Source: an uncultured bacterium (lineage in GTDB: Bacteria; Pseudomonadota; Alphaproteobacteria; MED-G09). From it: a DNA stretch of 64,000 bases. The position numbers and the translations under genes are program-made. The notes below the pieces were generated by a model that was not told where the DNA came from, ran no database searches, and worked only from the letters and a program-made list of their open reading frames with translations. The stretch is taken from assembly GCA_964001285.1 (NCBI GenBank), contig CAXFAF010000004.1, positions 9,763 through 73,762 of the forward strand, read 5' to 3'. Below, piece by piece: positions 50,215 to 60,608 of the stretch; position 1 is the stretch's first letter; each line of letters starts with the position of its first letter.

Positions 50215-51546
50215 TTAATTATAAGCTGTAAGATCTCCATTATCATTTAAAATATAAATTGTTTCATCAACTATTATAGGCGGCAAATAACTAGAACCTG
50301 AAATCTTATTAGTTTCTAATATTTGACCTTCTTCAGGTGACACCCATAGAGCGTTTCCTTCTGAAGAAATTGTTAATAATTGTCCTGAAACCATTATTGG
50401 CCCACTCCATTGAATAGGATTTTTCTTCTTTTCTTCATTTTTATACATTTGTAATTGTGTTACCCACCTTATTTTTCCTGATCTCTTAGAAATACATACT
50501 AATTCATTATTTGAAGTTAATACGAATAACCAGTCACCAGATAGCCAAGGAGTTTCAGTGCTAGATAAGTCTATAGTCCAGACTCTTTCTCCAGTAGAAA
50601 TATCTATAGAAACCATTCTACCCGCATGGCTAACACTAAATAATAAACCATCGTCAATTATAGGCCTAGCTGTTATAGAGTTGATCTCTGACAAAGATGT
50701 AGATGAACCTGTTCTTGACAAAGAATCGGTCCATATAACAGATCCATTTATTGGACGAATTGCATATATTTCACCTGAAGAATAAGGAACAAAAATTAAA
50801 CCTTCACCAACACCAATTGAAGTAGAAGATAATATCGTAGCTGACTCTAAAATTCCTCTATGCGTCCACATTACTTCTCCAGAATTTTTATCTACAGCAA
50901 ATAGCTGATTATCATGAGTCATAACAAATACTAAAGATTGATATACTATCGGAGAAGAACGACTAGGTATGCGCATATTTAATTCCCATATTTTATTTCC
51001 TGAATTTGCATTAAAGGCGTATAAATTACCAAAGCCAGTAGAAACATATATTACGCCATCCAAATAAGATAAACCTCCTCCAAAACCTTCTTTTTTATTT
51101 TCCTTCTTTATTGCTAGATTCTCAGTCCAAATTCTTTTTCTTTTTTTCAAATCAAATACGCTTATTCTTGAATCGGATGACAAAGAAAATACCTTGTTAT
51201 CTGCAATAATGGGCATAGATATTAAATAGGATGTCTTTGTTGATCCTGACCCTATTTTTAGCCCCCAATTTTTGTTCAGGGTATTTGGTCCAGAAATATT
51301 TTCCAAAGCATTATTTAAAGATCCTCCAGGATAGGGCCAACTAGAGTTAATATAAGCTGCAGGAAGAGCGATATTACTTTGTAAAGTCTGAGGATCAGAA
51401 ATAAGATTCTTTCTTAATTTGAGAATAGATATTCTGTCGCCTTTAATTCTGTCTTTATCGATATCTTTTCCTCCAAAAAAACCATTTGAAGATTCACAAG
51501 ACATCAAAAAAGGTAAAATACATATAATAAATAATAATCTATACAT
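50215..51546 (-). CDS. bamB: Outer-membrane protein assembly factor BamB (PQQ-repeat beta-propeller lipoprotein)
   Basis: Lipobox LMSC. Repeated W-x-x-x-...-G-x-x-x-W PQQ-like blades. Conserved yfgM-bamB-der order. Confidence 0.75.
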   Translation of the reverse strand: MYRLLFIICILPFLMSCESSNGFFGGKDIDKDRIKGDRISILKLRKNLISDPQTLQSNIALPAAYINSSWPYPGGSLNNALENISGPNTLNKNWGLKIGSGSTKTSYLISMPIIADNKVFSLSSDSRISVFDLKKRKRIWTENLAIKKENKKEGFGGGLSYLDGVIYVSTGFGNLYAFNANSGNKIWELNMRIPSRSSPIVYQSLVFVMTHDNQLFAVDKNSGEVMWTHRGILESATILSSTSIGVGEGLIFVPYSSGEIYAIRPINGSVIWTDSLSRTGSSTSLSEINSITARPIIDDGLLFSVSHAGRMVSIDISTGERVWTIDLSSTETPWLSGDWLFVLTSNNELVCISKRSGKIRWVTQLQMYKNEEKKKNPIQWSGPIMVSGQLLTISSEGNALWVSPEEGQILETNKISGSSYLPPIIVDETIYILNDNGDLTAYN

Positions 51547-51547
51547 C

Positions 51548-52207
51548 CTATTTTAATCCATCATAACTTTGTATTTGGTCTGAAAATATTTTCGCTCTAG
51601 AAGCAATATTTCTTGGAGAAGAAGCATCATTAGCAATTTCTATAAATTTCTTCGAAGAATCACTGAATCTCTTATCCCTGTAATATGCCAATGCGATAAT
51701 TTCTTTTGCATAAAAAGAAAAGGTTCCAGAAGATTTATTTAAAATAGATAATTTCTTCTCAATAACATTGATATCATAATCATCCAGCATTATGTAACCA
51801 GATTTTAAAATTGCAAATTCCCTAATTTTTTGTGTTAGATTTTTATTTTCATAGGCTTTTTGAAGATAATCAAGGGCTATATCTTTTTCTCCTTTTGAAT
51901 AATGGATATTAGCAAGATTAAATAATGACAAGCCTGAATACCCATTTGACTCATTTAATAAAGAATTAAAAATATCTTCAGCATCATTTATTCTGTCTTC
52001 ATTAACAGCCATTATAGCCTTTTGATACTCATCAGAAGCTGCTTCAGAGTTGTTCCTACTCAAATAACTAGAAAACTCATAACCGCCAAAAGAGATTATA
52101 ATAATTAATATTATCGTTATAAGATAAAGACCAAATCTATCCCATAATGATTTTATTTGCTTTCTTCTTAATTCTTCTTCTATTTCATTTTCTATTGGCT
52201 CAGACAT
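51548..52207 (-). CDS. yfgM: YfgM-like membrane-anchored TPR-like protein
   Basis: Cytoplasmic N-terminus, one transmembrane segment (LYLITIILIIIISFGG), then a periplasmic helical-repeat domain. Synteny with bamB-der. Confidence 0.6.
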   Translation of the reverse strand: MSEPIENEIEEELRRKQIKSLWDRFGLYLITIILIIIISFGGYEFSSYLSRNNSEAASDEYQKAIMAVNEDRINDAEDIFNSLLNESNGYSGLSLFNLANIHYSKGEKDIALDYLQKAYENKNLTQKIREFAILKSGYIMLDDYDINVIEKKLSILNKSSGTFSFYAKEIIALAYYRDKRFSDSSKKFIEIANDASSPRNIASRAKIFSDQIQSYDGLK

Positions 52208-52264
52208 TTAAAATCTCCAAAACTATAAAGGAAATTAGAGGTAAAAGTATGTTATAACAAGTAT

Positions 52265-53143
52265 ATGTTCATATTAAAATTCATAAGATATTCAATTGAA
52301 ATGCAATTTTTATTGTTTTTTTATGTATTTTGCAAATTATTGGGGATAGATCAAAGCTCAAAATCGATAGGATTTGTTGCTGAAAAAATAGGGCCATCGC
52401 TAGGTATTTCAAAAAGAGCTGATAAAAATCTAAAAAAAGCCTTACAAAGCCTAAATTTTAACGAAAGAAAGAATATTATTAAAAAGATGTGGAATAATTT
52501 AGGAAGAACTTCTGCAGAATTCTTCAATATTAAGACATTAATCAAAAATCAAAATAGAATTAAAATTAAAGGAATTGAAATAATAGATAAATATAAAGAC
52601 AAAGGAGTAATTTATGTTTCTGGTCATCTAGCTAATTGGGAAATAATACCAATTGCTATTATGAACAAAGATAAAAAAGTAGCTGCTGTGTTTAGAGAAT
52701 CGAATAATTTTTTATTTAATAATTGGATGATTAAACAAAGAAAATTAATTACAGAAAATCAATTTCCAAAAGGTATATCAGGAACAAAAGAAATTTTAAA
52801 TTTTTTAAAAAATAATGGTAGTGTTGCCATGTTAGTCGATCAAAAACTCTCAAATGGAGTTAAAGCAAAATTTTTTAATATGAATGCTATGACAGCTAGT
52901 GTTCCTGCGACACTGGCATTAAAATATGGATATCCTGTAGTACCTCTTAATGTCAGTAGAATAAAAAATGTTAATTTTGAAATAGAATTTTTTCCTATGA
53001 TAGAGATTGCTGAAAGTGGTAACTTAGAAGAAGATATTTTGAATTTTACAAATAAAATAAACAAATTTCTTGAAGAAAAGATTATTGAAAAACCTGAAGA
53101 ATGGTTTTGGCTTCACAATAGATGGGATAAAAGATTTAATTAG
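52265..53143 (+). CDS. lpxL: Lipid A biosynthesis (Kdo2-lipid IVA) acyltransferase, LpxL/HtrB family
   Basis: H-x4-E acyltransferase motif GHLANWEI. 292 aa. Confidence 0.7.
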   Translation: MFILKFIRYSIEMQFLLFFYVFCKLLGIDQSSKSIGFVAEKIGPSLGISKRADKNLKKALQSLNFNERKNIIKKMWNNLGRTSAEFFNIKTLIKNQNRIKIKGIEIIDKYKDKGVIYVSGHLANWEIIPIAIMNKDKKVAAVFRESNNFLFNNWMIKQRKLITENQFPKGISGTKEILNFLKNNGSVAMLVDQKLSNGVKAKFFNMNAMTASVPATLALKYGYPVVPLNVSRIKNVNFEIEFFPMIEIAESGNLEEDILNFTNKINKFLEEKIIEKPEEWFWLHNRWDKRFN

Positions 53144-53328
53144 AGTTTATCAATTGAAGCTCCAAATGAGCTCTCAGCATCAAAATAAGGCTCTTGTTTA
53201 TCTACTGACCAATATTTTAGGTCGTTAATTGGAATTCTCTTTTTAGTTTTTGCACAAACAACAAATGTTCCTCTTTCAATAATTCGAAAAGTTCCATCTC
53301 CATAAATTAATTTTGCTTCCTTTTCCAT
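53140..53328 (-). CDS. Small conserved-looking hypothetical protein (62 aa) translationally coupled to xseA
   Basis: Its start is 4 nt after the xseA stop on the same strand. Sequence MEKEAKLIYGDGTFRIIERGTFVVCAKTKKRIPINDLKYWSVDKQEPYFDAESSFGASIDKL. It shares a TTAG stop overlap with lpxL. Confidence 0.45.
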   Translation of the reverse strand: MEKEAKLIYGDGTFRIIERGTFVVCAKTKKRIPINDLKYWSVDKQEPYFDAESSFGASIDKL

Positions 53329-53332
53329 ATTT

Positions 53333-54685
53333 CTAATTTTTTTCTTCTACTTTCACATTAACCTCATCATTATTAAAGAATTGAATTACCAAATTATCTC
53401 CTTTTTTTGTATCTTGCGATTTTCGTATTATCTTTTTCTTCTTATCTTTAATTAAAGCAAATCCACGTTTCAAAACATTATTGTGACTTAGAACATCAAG
53501 TAAACCAGTCTGTAGAGCTAATTTATTTTCTTTGTTCAAAATAATTTTTTGATTAGACCTATCTACATCTTTAGAAATTAACCTATATTTATCTCCTAAT
53601 TTTTTAATGTTTTCTTTTAAAAAAATTATCTTTAATGATCCAGATATATTCAAAAAATTATCTTTGTAATTATTTATTGTCGATGATAGAGCAATTTTTA
53701 ATATTGAACTAACACTATTAAATCTCAAATCATAATTCTTTAATAGCGTATTAAGCTTAGGAAACGCTCTGGATGTTAAACCAAAAGCTCTTCTTTCAAA
53801 ATCCAATTTATTTCTTAAAAAATTGTTAATTCTTATATGAATATCTTTAATATTAACCAATAATTCATTTCGAACAGGAACAGCCATCTCTGCAGCTGCA
53901 GTAGGTGTTGGAGCTCTTAAATCAGCCACTAAATCAATTAATGTTGTATCCGTTTCATGTCCAATTGCTGAAATTATTGGAATTTGAGAAGAAAATACCT
54001 TTCTTACAAGATCTTCGTCATTAAAACCCCATAAATCCTCTATACTACCCCCTCCCCTAGCAATAATAATAACATCTGGACTGGAAACATTACTTTGAGG
54101 TAATAAATGAAATCCTTCAATAGCATCAATAATTTCTTCCGGAGATGATTCTCCTTGCACCTTAACAGGCCAAATATCTAAACTAGTTGGAAATCTATCC
54201 TTAATCCTATGAATAATATCTTTAATAACTGCTCCAGTTGGGCTAGTAATTACACCAATTTTATTCGGTAAAAATGGTATTTCTTTTTTGTGTTGAGCAT
54301 CAAATAAACCTTCTTTTGATAATTTATCCTTCCTTTTTTCTAAAAGAGCCATCAAAGCTCCTACTCCAGCTGGTTCCATATTTTCTATAATGATTTGATA
54401 TTTTGATTGTCCTGGGTAGGTAGTAATTTTTCCTAAACAAACTACCTCTAGACCTTCTTCAGGAGCGATATTAAGTTTTTGAGCATTTCCTTTCCAAATA
54501 ACTCCTGAAATTACAGATGAATCATCTTTTAAATCTAGATAAATATGCCCTGAACCAGGTTTAGAAACTCTTCCAATCTCTCCTCTTAAACGAATAAATT
54601 CAAAATTATCCTCGATTAGGTGTTTAATTGATATTGATAATTCTGAAACTGTATATTCTAGATTATTTGTTATATTATTTTCCAT
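53333..54685 (-). CDS. xseA: Exodeoxyribonuclease VII large subunit
   Basis: N-terminal OB-fold (RLRGEIGRVSK...GHIYLDLKD) and a catalytic core. 450 aa. Confidence 0.85.
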   Translation of the reverse strand: MENNITNNLEYTVSELSISIKHLIEDNFEFIRLRGEIGRVSKPGSGHIYLDLKDDSSVISGVIWKGNAQKLNIAPEEGLEVVCLGKITTYPGQSKYQIIIENMEPAGVGALMALLEKRKDKLSKEGLFDAQHKKEIPFLPNKIGVITSPTGAVIKDIIHRIKDRFPTSLDIWPVKVQGESSPEEIIDAIEGFHLLPQSNVSSPDVIIIARGGGSIEDLWGFNDEDLVRKVFSSQIPIISAIGHETDTTLIDLVADLRAPTPTAAAEMAVPVRNELLVNIKDIHIRINNFLRNKLDFERRAFGLTSRAFPKLNTLLKNYDLRFNSVSSILKIALSSTINNYKDNFLNISGSLKIIFLKENIKKLGDKYRLISKDVDRSNQKIILNKENKLALQTGLLDVLSHNNVLKRGFALIKDKKKKIIRKSQDTKKGDNLVIQFFNNDEVNVKVEEKN

Positions 54686-54750
54686 TATGAAAGCTTCATT
54701 TTATTACAAAATAACTTATAATAATTATATTAATCAACTTTATATTTAAC

Positions 54751-56019
54751 ATGAATATTCTTTTAATAGGCAACGGCGGACGAGAGCATAGTATTGCAAA
54801 GTCTTTATCAAAAAGTAAGAAATTAAAAAATTTGTATTGTATTCCTGGTAATGCAGGTATTGAAGAGGTAGCAACTTGTTACAATAAAGATACATCAAAT
54901 AAAAAAGAAATCCTTGAATTTTGTATTAAGAATGAAGTTGAATTAGTTTTTATAGGACCAGAAATACCTTTGGTGGAAGGTTTGGCAGACTATCTTAACC
55001 AAAATAACATTTTTGCTTTTGGGCCCAGCAAAATTGCTTCTCAGTTAGAAGGTTCTAAATCTTACACAAAAGATCTTTGTAAGAAATTTAATATTCCTAC
55101 TGCAAAATATGAAAAATTTACGAATAAAACAAATGCGTCAAAATATATTGAAAATCATCCATACCCATTAGTAATAAAAGTTGACGGTTTAGCGGCAGGT
55201 AAAGGCGTAATAATTGCAGAAAACAAATCTCAAGCATTAAGCTCATTAAGTGATATTTTTTCAGGAAAATTTGGGTCAGCTGGAAATGAAGTAGTTATTG
55301 AAGAGTTCTTGGAAGGTGAAGAAGCTAGTTTCTTTGTTATATCAGATGGTAAAAATTTTATACCATTAACTTCTGCCCAAGACCATAAAAGGATTGGAGA
55401 GGGCGATACTGGTCTTAATACTGGTGGTATGGGCGCTTATTCACCTGCACCTATAATGACAGAAGAACTAGTTGAAAAAACCATCAAAAAGATTATTGAG
55501 CCTACTCTTAAGGCAATGAAAGATTCTGGTTCACCATTTATAGGAATTTTATATGCTGGCTTAATGATACATAAAGGTGAACCAAAATTAATAGAATACA
55601 ATGTAAGATTTGGAGATCCAGAATGTCAGGTTATCATTCCGAGATTAAAAAATGATTTAATAGATATTTTAATAAATGTTAAAAATCAAAATCTAGATAA
55701 TTTTTCAATAAATTGGATTGATAATTATGCTATTACAATTGTTTTGTCTTCTAAGGGTTATCCTGAAGAATATGAAACTGGTTTTAAAATTGAAGGTATA
55801 GAAAAAATTAAAAATAATGATAAAATTGAAATATATCATGCTGGTACAAAAAGAGATGGAGAAAATATTGTAACCTCAGGAGGAAGAGTGTTAAATGTAA
55901 ATGGATATGGCAATAGCTTAAATTTAGCTAAAGAAAATGCACTTTCTGCGATAAATAAAATAAATTGGCCAGGTTGCTATTACAGAAGAGATATTGGTTG
56001 GCGAGCATTAAAGGATTAA
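54751..56019 (+). CDS. purD: Phosphoribosylamine-glycine ligase
   Basis: MNILLIGNGGREHSIA N-terminus and an ATP-grasp fold. 422 aa. Confidence 0.9.
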   Translation: MNILLIGNGGREHSIAKSLSKSKKLKNLYCIPGNAGIEEVATCYNKDTSNKKEILEFCIKNEVELVFIGPEIPLVEGLADYLNQNNIFAFGPSKIASQLEGSKSYTKDLCKKFNIPTAKYEKFTNKTNASKYIENHPYPLVIKVDGLAAGKGVIIAENKSQALSSLSDIFSGKFGSAGNEVVIEEFLEGEEASFFVISDGKNFIPLTSAQDHKRIGEGDTGLNTGGMGAYSPAPIMTEELVEKTIKKIIEPTLKAMKDSGSPFIGILYAGLMIHKGEPKLIEYNVRFGDPECQVIIPRLKNDLIDILINVKNQNLDNFSINWIDNYAITIVLSSKGYPEEYETGFKIEGIEKIKNNDKIEIYHAGTKRDGENIVTSGGRVLNVNGYGNSLNLAKENALSAINKINWPGCYYRRDIGWRALKD

Positions 56020-56020
56020 A

Positions 56021-57112
56021 ATGAATTCAGAAGAACAAAGTTCAACAGAAAAATTTACTGGAACTATGCCAGTACAAGATAAATTAAGATTTCCTGAAAA
56101 GGAATTAGAAGCTTATTTAAATGATACAATTAGTGATTTTGAAGGCCCTATCGGAGTTAATGAATTTAAAGGCGGTCAATCAAACCCAACATATCAACTC
56201 GTGACACCTAAAAAGAAATATGTACTCAGAAGAAAACCTCCCGGGAAACTTCTTCCTTCTGCTCATGCAGTTGATAGAGAGTACAAAGTTATTACAGCTC
56301 TTAATTCAATTAACTATCCTGTTCCAAGAACTTTTGGCTTATGTCTTGATGAAAGCATTATTGGAACAATCTTTTATGTAATGGAAATGATTGAAGGTAA
56401 TATTTATTGGGAACCCACCCTTCCTAATTGTGATAAAGAACTAAGATCAAAGATTTTTAGTGAAAAAAACAAAACATTAGCAATTCTACATAATACTAAT
56501 TACAAAGACATAGGGCTTGAAGATTTTGGAAAACCAGGAAATTATTTTGCTCGACAAATATCTCGTTGGACCAAACAGTATATAGCATCGGAAACAGAAG
56601 AAATTAAAGAAATGAATTCTCTCATTGATTGGTTACCCAATAATATACCTGGAGATGATGAGACCTCTATAGTGCATGGGGATTATAGGCTTGATAATAT
56701 GGTAGTAGAAAAAGATAGCTCAAAAGTTTTAGCAGTTCTAGATTGGGAACTCTCTACTCTTGGACATCCTCTAGGTGATTTTACTTATCATTTAATGCAG
56801 TGGTATATGCCTAGTGGGGGACTTGGAGATGGAGCAGAAACATTATCTAATTCTGATTTAAGATCGCTAGGTATACCTGAAGCTGAAGATTATATAAAAA
56901 TGTATTGTGAAAATACAAATAGATCAAATATAGAAAATATAGATTTTTATCTCGCATATAATTTCTTTAGACTCGCTGGCATTTTACAAGGAATTATAGG
57001 TAGAGTAAGAGATGGAACTGCCGCAAGTGAGCATGCTGAGGATAGAGCAGACAGAGTAAGACCTTTAGCAGAAGCTGGATGGTTATATGCCCAAAAAGCA
57101 GGCGCAGTGTAA
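56021..57112 (+). CDS. Phosphotransferase-family protein (APH/ACAD10-11 N-terminal-like kinase fold)
   Basis: Brenner motif HGDYRLDNMVV plus an LDWELSTLGHPLGD region. 363 aa. Confidence 0.7.
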   Translation: MNSEEQSSTEKFTGTMPVQDKLRFPEKELEAYLNDTISDFEGPIGVNEFKGGQSNPTYQLVTPKKKYVLRRKPPGKLLPSAHAVDREYKVITALNSINYPVPRTFGLCLDESIIGTIFYVMEMIEGNIYWEPTLPNCDKELRSKIFSEKNKTLAILHNTNYKDIGLEDFGKPGNYFARQISRWTKQYIASETEEIKEMNSLIDWLPNNIPGDDETSIVHGDYRLDNMVVEKDSSKVLAVLDWELSTLGHPLGDFTYHLMQWYMPSGGLGDGAETLSNSDLRSLGIPEAEDYIKMYCENTNRSNIENIDFYLAYNFFRLAGILQGIIGRVRDGTAASEHAEDRADRVRPLAEAGWLYAQKAGAV

Positions 57113-57802
57113 TTATTTTTCTATAACCTCTGCCTTATTTTCTCCTCCCAGTATCACTAAATCAGCCATTTCTACAAATAACCCATTTTCAACTACACCT
57201 GGTATGGAGTTAATTATATCATTCACCATATAAGGCTCTTCAATTAATCCAATCGATAAATCATAAATAAAATTTCCACTATCAGTTTTAAAATGACTTC
57301 CATCTATTAATCTAATTTCACTTTGACCGTAATAACCAATATCTTCTAATTTTTTTAAAATTTGGTAATTTGTTGTTTCATGCTCAAAACAAACAACTTC
57401 GACCGGTAATTTAAAACTTCCTAATTTTTTAACTTTTTTTGAATCGTCAGCAATAACTATCATCTTATTTGAATTATATGCGATAATCTTTTCTCTTAGC
57501 AAAGCCCCGCCGCCGCCCTTAATCAAAGATAAATCGTCATCTATCTCATCTGCCCCATCAACAGTTAGATCAAGATTTTTAATTTCATTTAAACTTCCTA
57601 AAATAATTCCCAATTCATTTGCTAACTCCTTAGTGCTTTCTGATGTAGGAACACAAACGACATCAAGTCCTTCTTTAACCCTAATTGAAAGCAATTTAGT
57701 AAATTCATCAGCAGTACTACCGGTACCCAATCCAATTTTCATATTGTTTTCAATATATTTAATTGCTTCTTCAGCCGCTTTAATTTTTTTATTTACAGAC
57801 AT
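57113..57802 (-). CDS. rpiA: Ribose-5-phosphate isomerase A
   Basis: GLGTGSTA and DGADE motifs. 229 aa. Confidence 0.9.
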   Translation of the reverse strand: MSVNKKIKAAEEAIKYIENNMKIGLGTGSTADEFTKLLSIRVKEGLDVVCVPTSESTKELANELGIILGSLNEIKNLDLTVDGADEIDDDLSLIKGGGGALLREKIIAYNSNKMIVIADDSKKVKKLGSFKLPVEVVCFEHETTNYQILKKLEDIGYYGQSEIRLIDGSHFKTDSGNFIYDLSIGLIEEPYMVNDIINSIPGVVENGLFVEMADLVILGGENKAEVIEK

Positions 57803-58524
57803 TATATTTCTTCAGCCCCAGCTTTCATCTTATGTGCTTTTACTATTCTATCATAAGCACCATTTATAATGGCTAATTTCTCATTTGCCATACCTAATAA
57901 TTCAGTAGGAACTCCATTAGCAATTAATTTATCAGGATGATTTTGCGCAGCTAACTCTTTCCAGGCTTTTTGAGCTTCTTCAAGAGTAGATCCTGCTTTA
58001 ATACCTAAAATTAACCAAGGATCATCTATTTCTGAGGCCATATGGCTAGCCCTTATCCTCGCAAATTCTGCAGAAGAAAATCCAAAAATACCTGCTACAT
58101 TTTCTAGGAACATAACCTCACTTTTATTAACTGGGCCATCAGATTTGGCAATATGGAATAATCCATCTAAGACATTTTCTAAAACTTCAAATTTATTTTC
58201 AAAAATAGCGGATATTTGTTCAGCATAAGCTTCATAACCTGCAATATCTTGTTGAGCCAATTTATAAATTTTAAAAACATTACTTAATTCATTCTCAGGA
58301 ACTTCACTGAGAATTTCATTAAAAGCATTTAATTCTTTTTCAGAGAAACTGCCATCAGCCCTAGACATTTTTGCAGATAAGGCTATTAAAGCAATAGCAA
58401 AAGCAACATCCTCATCTTCTTTATCAAGTACATAATGACCTGCTACTGCACCAACTACAGCGCCTATTATTCCACCTACAAGATACCCTGCAGTAGCACC
58501 AGCGAGTTTACCCCAAGTTGACAT
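57802..58524 (-). CDS. djlA: DjlA-like membrane co-chaperone (N-terminal glycine-zipper transmembrane segment, TerB-like domain, C-terminal J-domain)
   Basis: GATAGYLVGGIIGAVVGAVAG transmembrane segment. J-domain with HPD (DPWLILGIK...NHPDKL). Confidence 0.75.
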   Translation of the reverse strand: MSTWGKLAGATAGYLVGGIIGAVVGAVAGHYVLDKEDEDVAFAIALIALSAKMSRADGSFSEKELNAFNEILSEVPENELSNVFKIYKLAQQDIAGYEAYAEQISAIFENKFEVLENVLDGLFHIAKSDGPVNKSEVMFLENVAGIFGFSSAEFARIRASHMASEIDDPWLILGIKAGSTLEEAQKAWKELAAQNHPDKLIANGVPTELLGMANEKLAIINGAYDRIVKAHKMKAGAEEI

Positions 58525-58579
58525 TTAATTAATTTATCCTGAGTCGTGTTAAAATTCTTAATAGCGAAACTTAATTTTC

Positions 58580-59791
58580 TTATAACCCAAGAACAGCTTT
58601 GGAAATAATATTTCGTTGGATTTCATTTGATCCAGCATAAATGGTTGTTTTCCTTCCGTTAAGATATTCTGGGGTAATAGTTAAAGCATAATCAGGGCCA
58701 ATATTAGGCTCATTAACATTTGCAAAAGTATCTTCTACAAAAGGATAAGACCAATAACCTATTGCTTCCACAGCAAGTTCTTGAATATATTGGCCAATTT
58801 CAGTTCCTCTAGTCTTTAATATTGATGATTCTGGACCTACTCTTTGTCCTGCTGATAAGGCAGAAAACAATCTTAATTCTACAAATTCCATAGCCTGGAT
58901 CTGTATTTCGCATTCATTAATCTTATTTATAAAATCATTGTCCTCTAGTAATGCTCTTCCGTCACCAATAGGGGTATCTTTAGCAATTTCTTTAAGATTT
59001 TTTAACCCTCTATACAATCCAGGTGAATATGCTGTACCCCTTTCAAATTCAAGTAAGTATTTAGCATATGTCCAACCTTTATTTTCTTCGCCAATTAAAT
59101 TTTCAATAGGAACTTTCACATCCTCAAAAAATACCTGATTTACTTCTTGATGTGGGTCAGGACTTTGATCAATTGTAATTAGTGGTCTCACTTCAATGCC
59201 AGGAGAATTCATTTCAAGCAGAAGAAAAGATATTCCTTCTTGAGGTTTTTCTGTTTTGGAAGTTCTCACAAGACAAAAAATCCAATCAGCATATTGCGCC
59301 ATCGTAGTCCAAATCTTAGTTCCATTTACAAGATAATGGTCTCCTTTATTTTCAGCTTTACATTGTAAGGAGGCTAAATCTGATCCTGATCCAGGCTCAG
59401 AATAGCCCTGACACCACCAGACATTACTTTCTAAAATATCTGGTAAAAATTTATCTTTTTGTTCTTGAGATCCAAATTCCATTATAACAGGTGCAACCAT
59501 AGACAATCCAAAAGGAATTGTTCTTGGAGCTCCTTCTCTAGCCATCTCAGATTCAAAAATATATTTTTGGGTTGGAGTAAAACCTGCTCCACCATATTCT
59601 TCAGGCCAATTCGGGGCCATCCAACCTTTCTCATAAAGAGCTTTTTGCCATTTTATATGCAAATCTTTACCTGCATGACCATTTTTAGAACGAGATAAAG
59701 TTTTTTTCATGTCAGATGTATAAGCTTCTTTTATAAAGCCCCTAACTTCATCTCTAAATTTTATATCCTCTTCTTTAAATCCTAACTCCAT
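58580..59791 (-). CDS. Acyl-CoA dehydrogenase family protein (paralog A)
   Basis: Acyl-CoA dehydrogenase motifs WWCQGYSEPGSGSDLASL and a C-terminal YAGSNEIQRNIISKAVLGL. Confidence 0.85.
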   Translation of the reverse strand: MELGFKEEDIKFRDEVRGFIKEAYTSDMKKTLSRSKNGHAGKDLHIKWQKALYEKGWMAPNWPEEYGGAGFTPTQKYIFESEMAREGAPRTIPFGLSMVAPVIMEFGSQEQKDKFLPDILESNVWWCQGYSEPGSGSDLASLQCKAENKGDHYLVNGTKIWTTMAQYADWIFCLVRTSKTEKPQEGISFLLLEMNSPGIEVRPLITIDQSPDPHQEVNQVFFEDVKVPIENLIGEENKGWTYAKYLLEFERGTAYSPGLYRGLKNLKEIAKDTPIGDGRALLEDNDFINKINECEIQIQAMEFVELRLFSALSAGQRVGPESSILKTRGTEIGQYIQELAVEAIGYWSYPFVEDTFANVNEPNIGPDYALTITPEYLNGRKTTIYAGSNEIQRNIISKAVLGL

Positions 59792-59802
59792 GAACTCTCC
59801 TG

Positions 59803-60603
59803 TTATTTTCCTTTAAAATTTCCATCTCTTTTTTCAAAAAAGGCTGATATTGCTTCTTGATGATCTTCAGTTAAGTGCATTAAAGCTTGCATATTAGCCG
59901 ACATTTCAAGAATAGTATCAAAGTTAGTTGTCATACTCTCTCTTAAAAGTTTTTTAGCCATCCTTAATGCATCAGGTGGTTGCTTTACAATCTCTTTAGC
60001 AATGGAGTTTGCTTCTTCTATTAGGGCTTCATGATTAAAAATTTCACTAATTAAACCCCAATCCTTAGCTGTTTCTGGTTTAATTAATTTTCCAGTATAA
60101 AGTAGTTCTGAAGCTTTAGATAACCCAATAATTCTTGGTAACAACCAAGCCCCGCCATCGCCAGGAATAAGTCCTATCTTCAAGAATGTAACTCCAAAAA
60201 GAGCTTTTTCTGAAGCAACCCTAATGTCTGCTAAACATGCTACATCATTTCCCAAACCAATAGCTGGTCCATTAATTGCGGCTATTAAAGGAACTTCTAT
60301 ATTCCAAATGGCCCTTATAATCCTATGAATTCCATACCGGTACCTCTCTCTCAAGGCCACTGATGATCCTGAGAAATTACCAGATTTCTCTTTCATGTTT
60401 TTAACATTCCCTCCAGCAGAAAAAGCTGAGCCTTCTCCTGTAAGAATGACGCATCGTATTTCTCTATCATTGTTAATAAGATCTCTTGCTTCTTCAAAAT
60501 TAGAAGCATCCTCAGGCTCTCCCAAAGGATTTCTTATATCAGGACGATTCATAGTCAATGTTGCTATTGACTTATTTTTCTCAAATTTTAACCATTCATT
60601 CAT
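59803..60603 (-). CDS. Enoyl-CoA hydratase/isomerase
   Basis: Crotonase motifs GEGSAFSAGGN and NGPAIGLGNDVA. 266 aa. Confidence 0.85.
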   Translation of the reverse strand: MNEWLKFEKNKSIATLTMNRPDIRNPLGEPEDASNFEEARDLINNDREIRCVILTGEGSAFSAGGNVKNMKEKSGNFSGSSVALRERYRYGIHRIIRAIWNIEVPLIAAINGPAIGLGNDVACLADIRVASEKALFGVTFLKIGLIPGDGGAWLLPRIIGLSKASELLYTGKLIKPETAKDWGLISEIFNHEALIEEANSIAKEIVKQPPDALRMAKKLLRESMTTNFDTILEMSANMQALMHLTEDHQEAISAFFEKRDGNFKGK

Positions 60604-60608
60604 TTAAT

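Noticed and set aside
57633-60607. ORFs 57633..57869(+), 58938..59138(+), 59459..59698(+) and 60395..60607(+)
   Set aside because: They lie antisense within rpiA/djlA, the acyl-CoA dehydrogenase and the enoyl-CoA hydratase genes and are artefactual.
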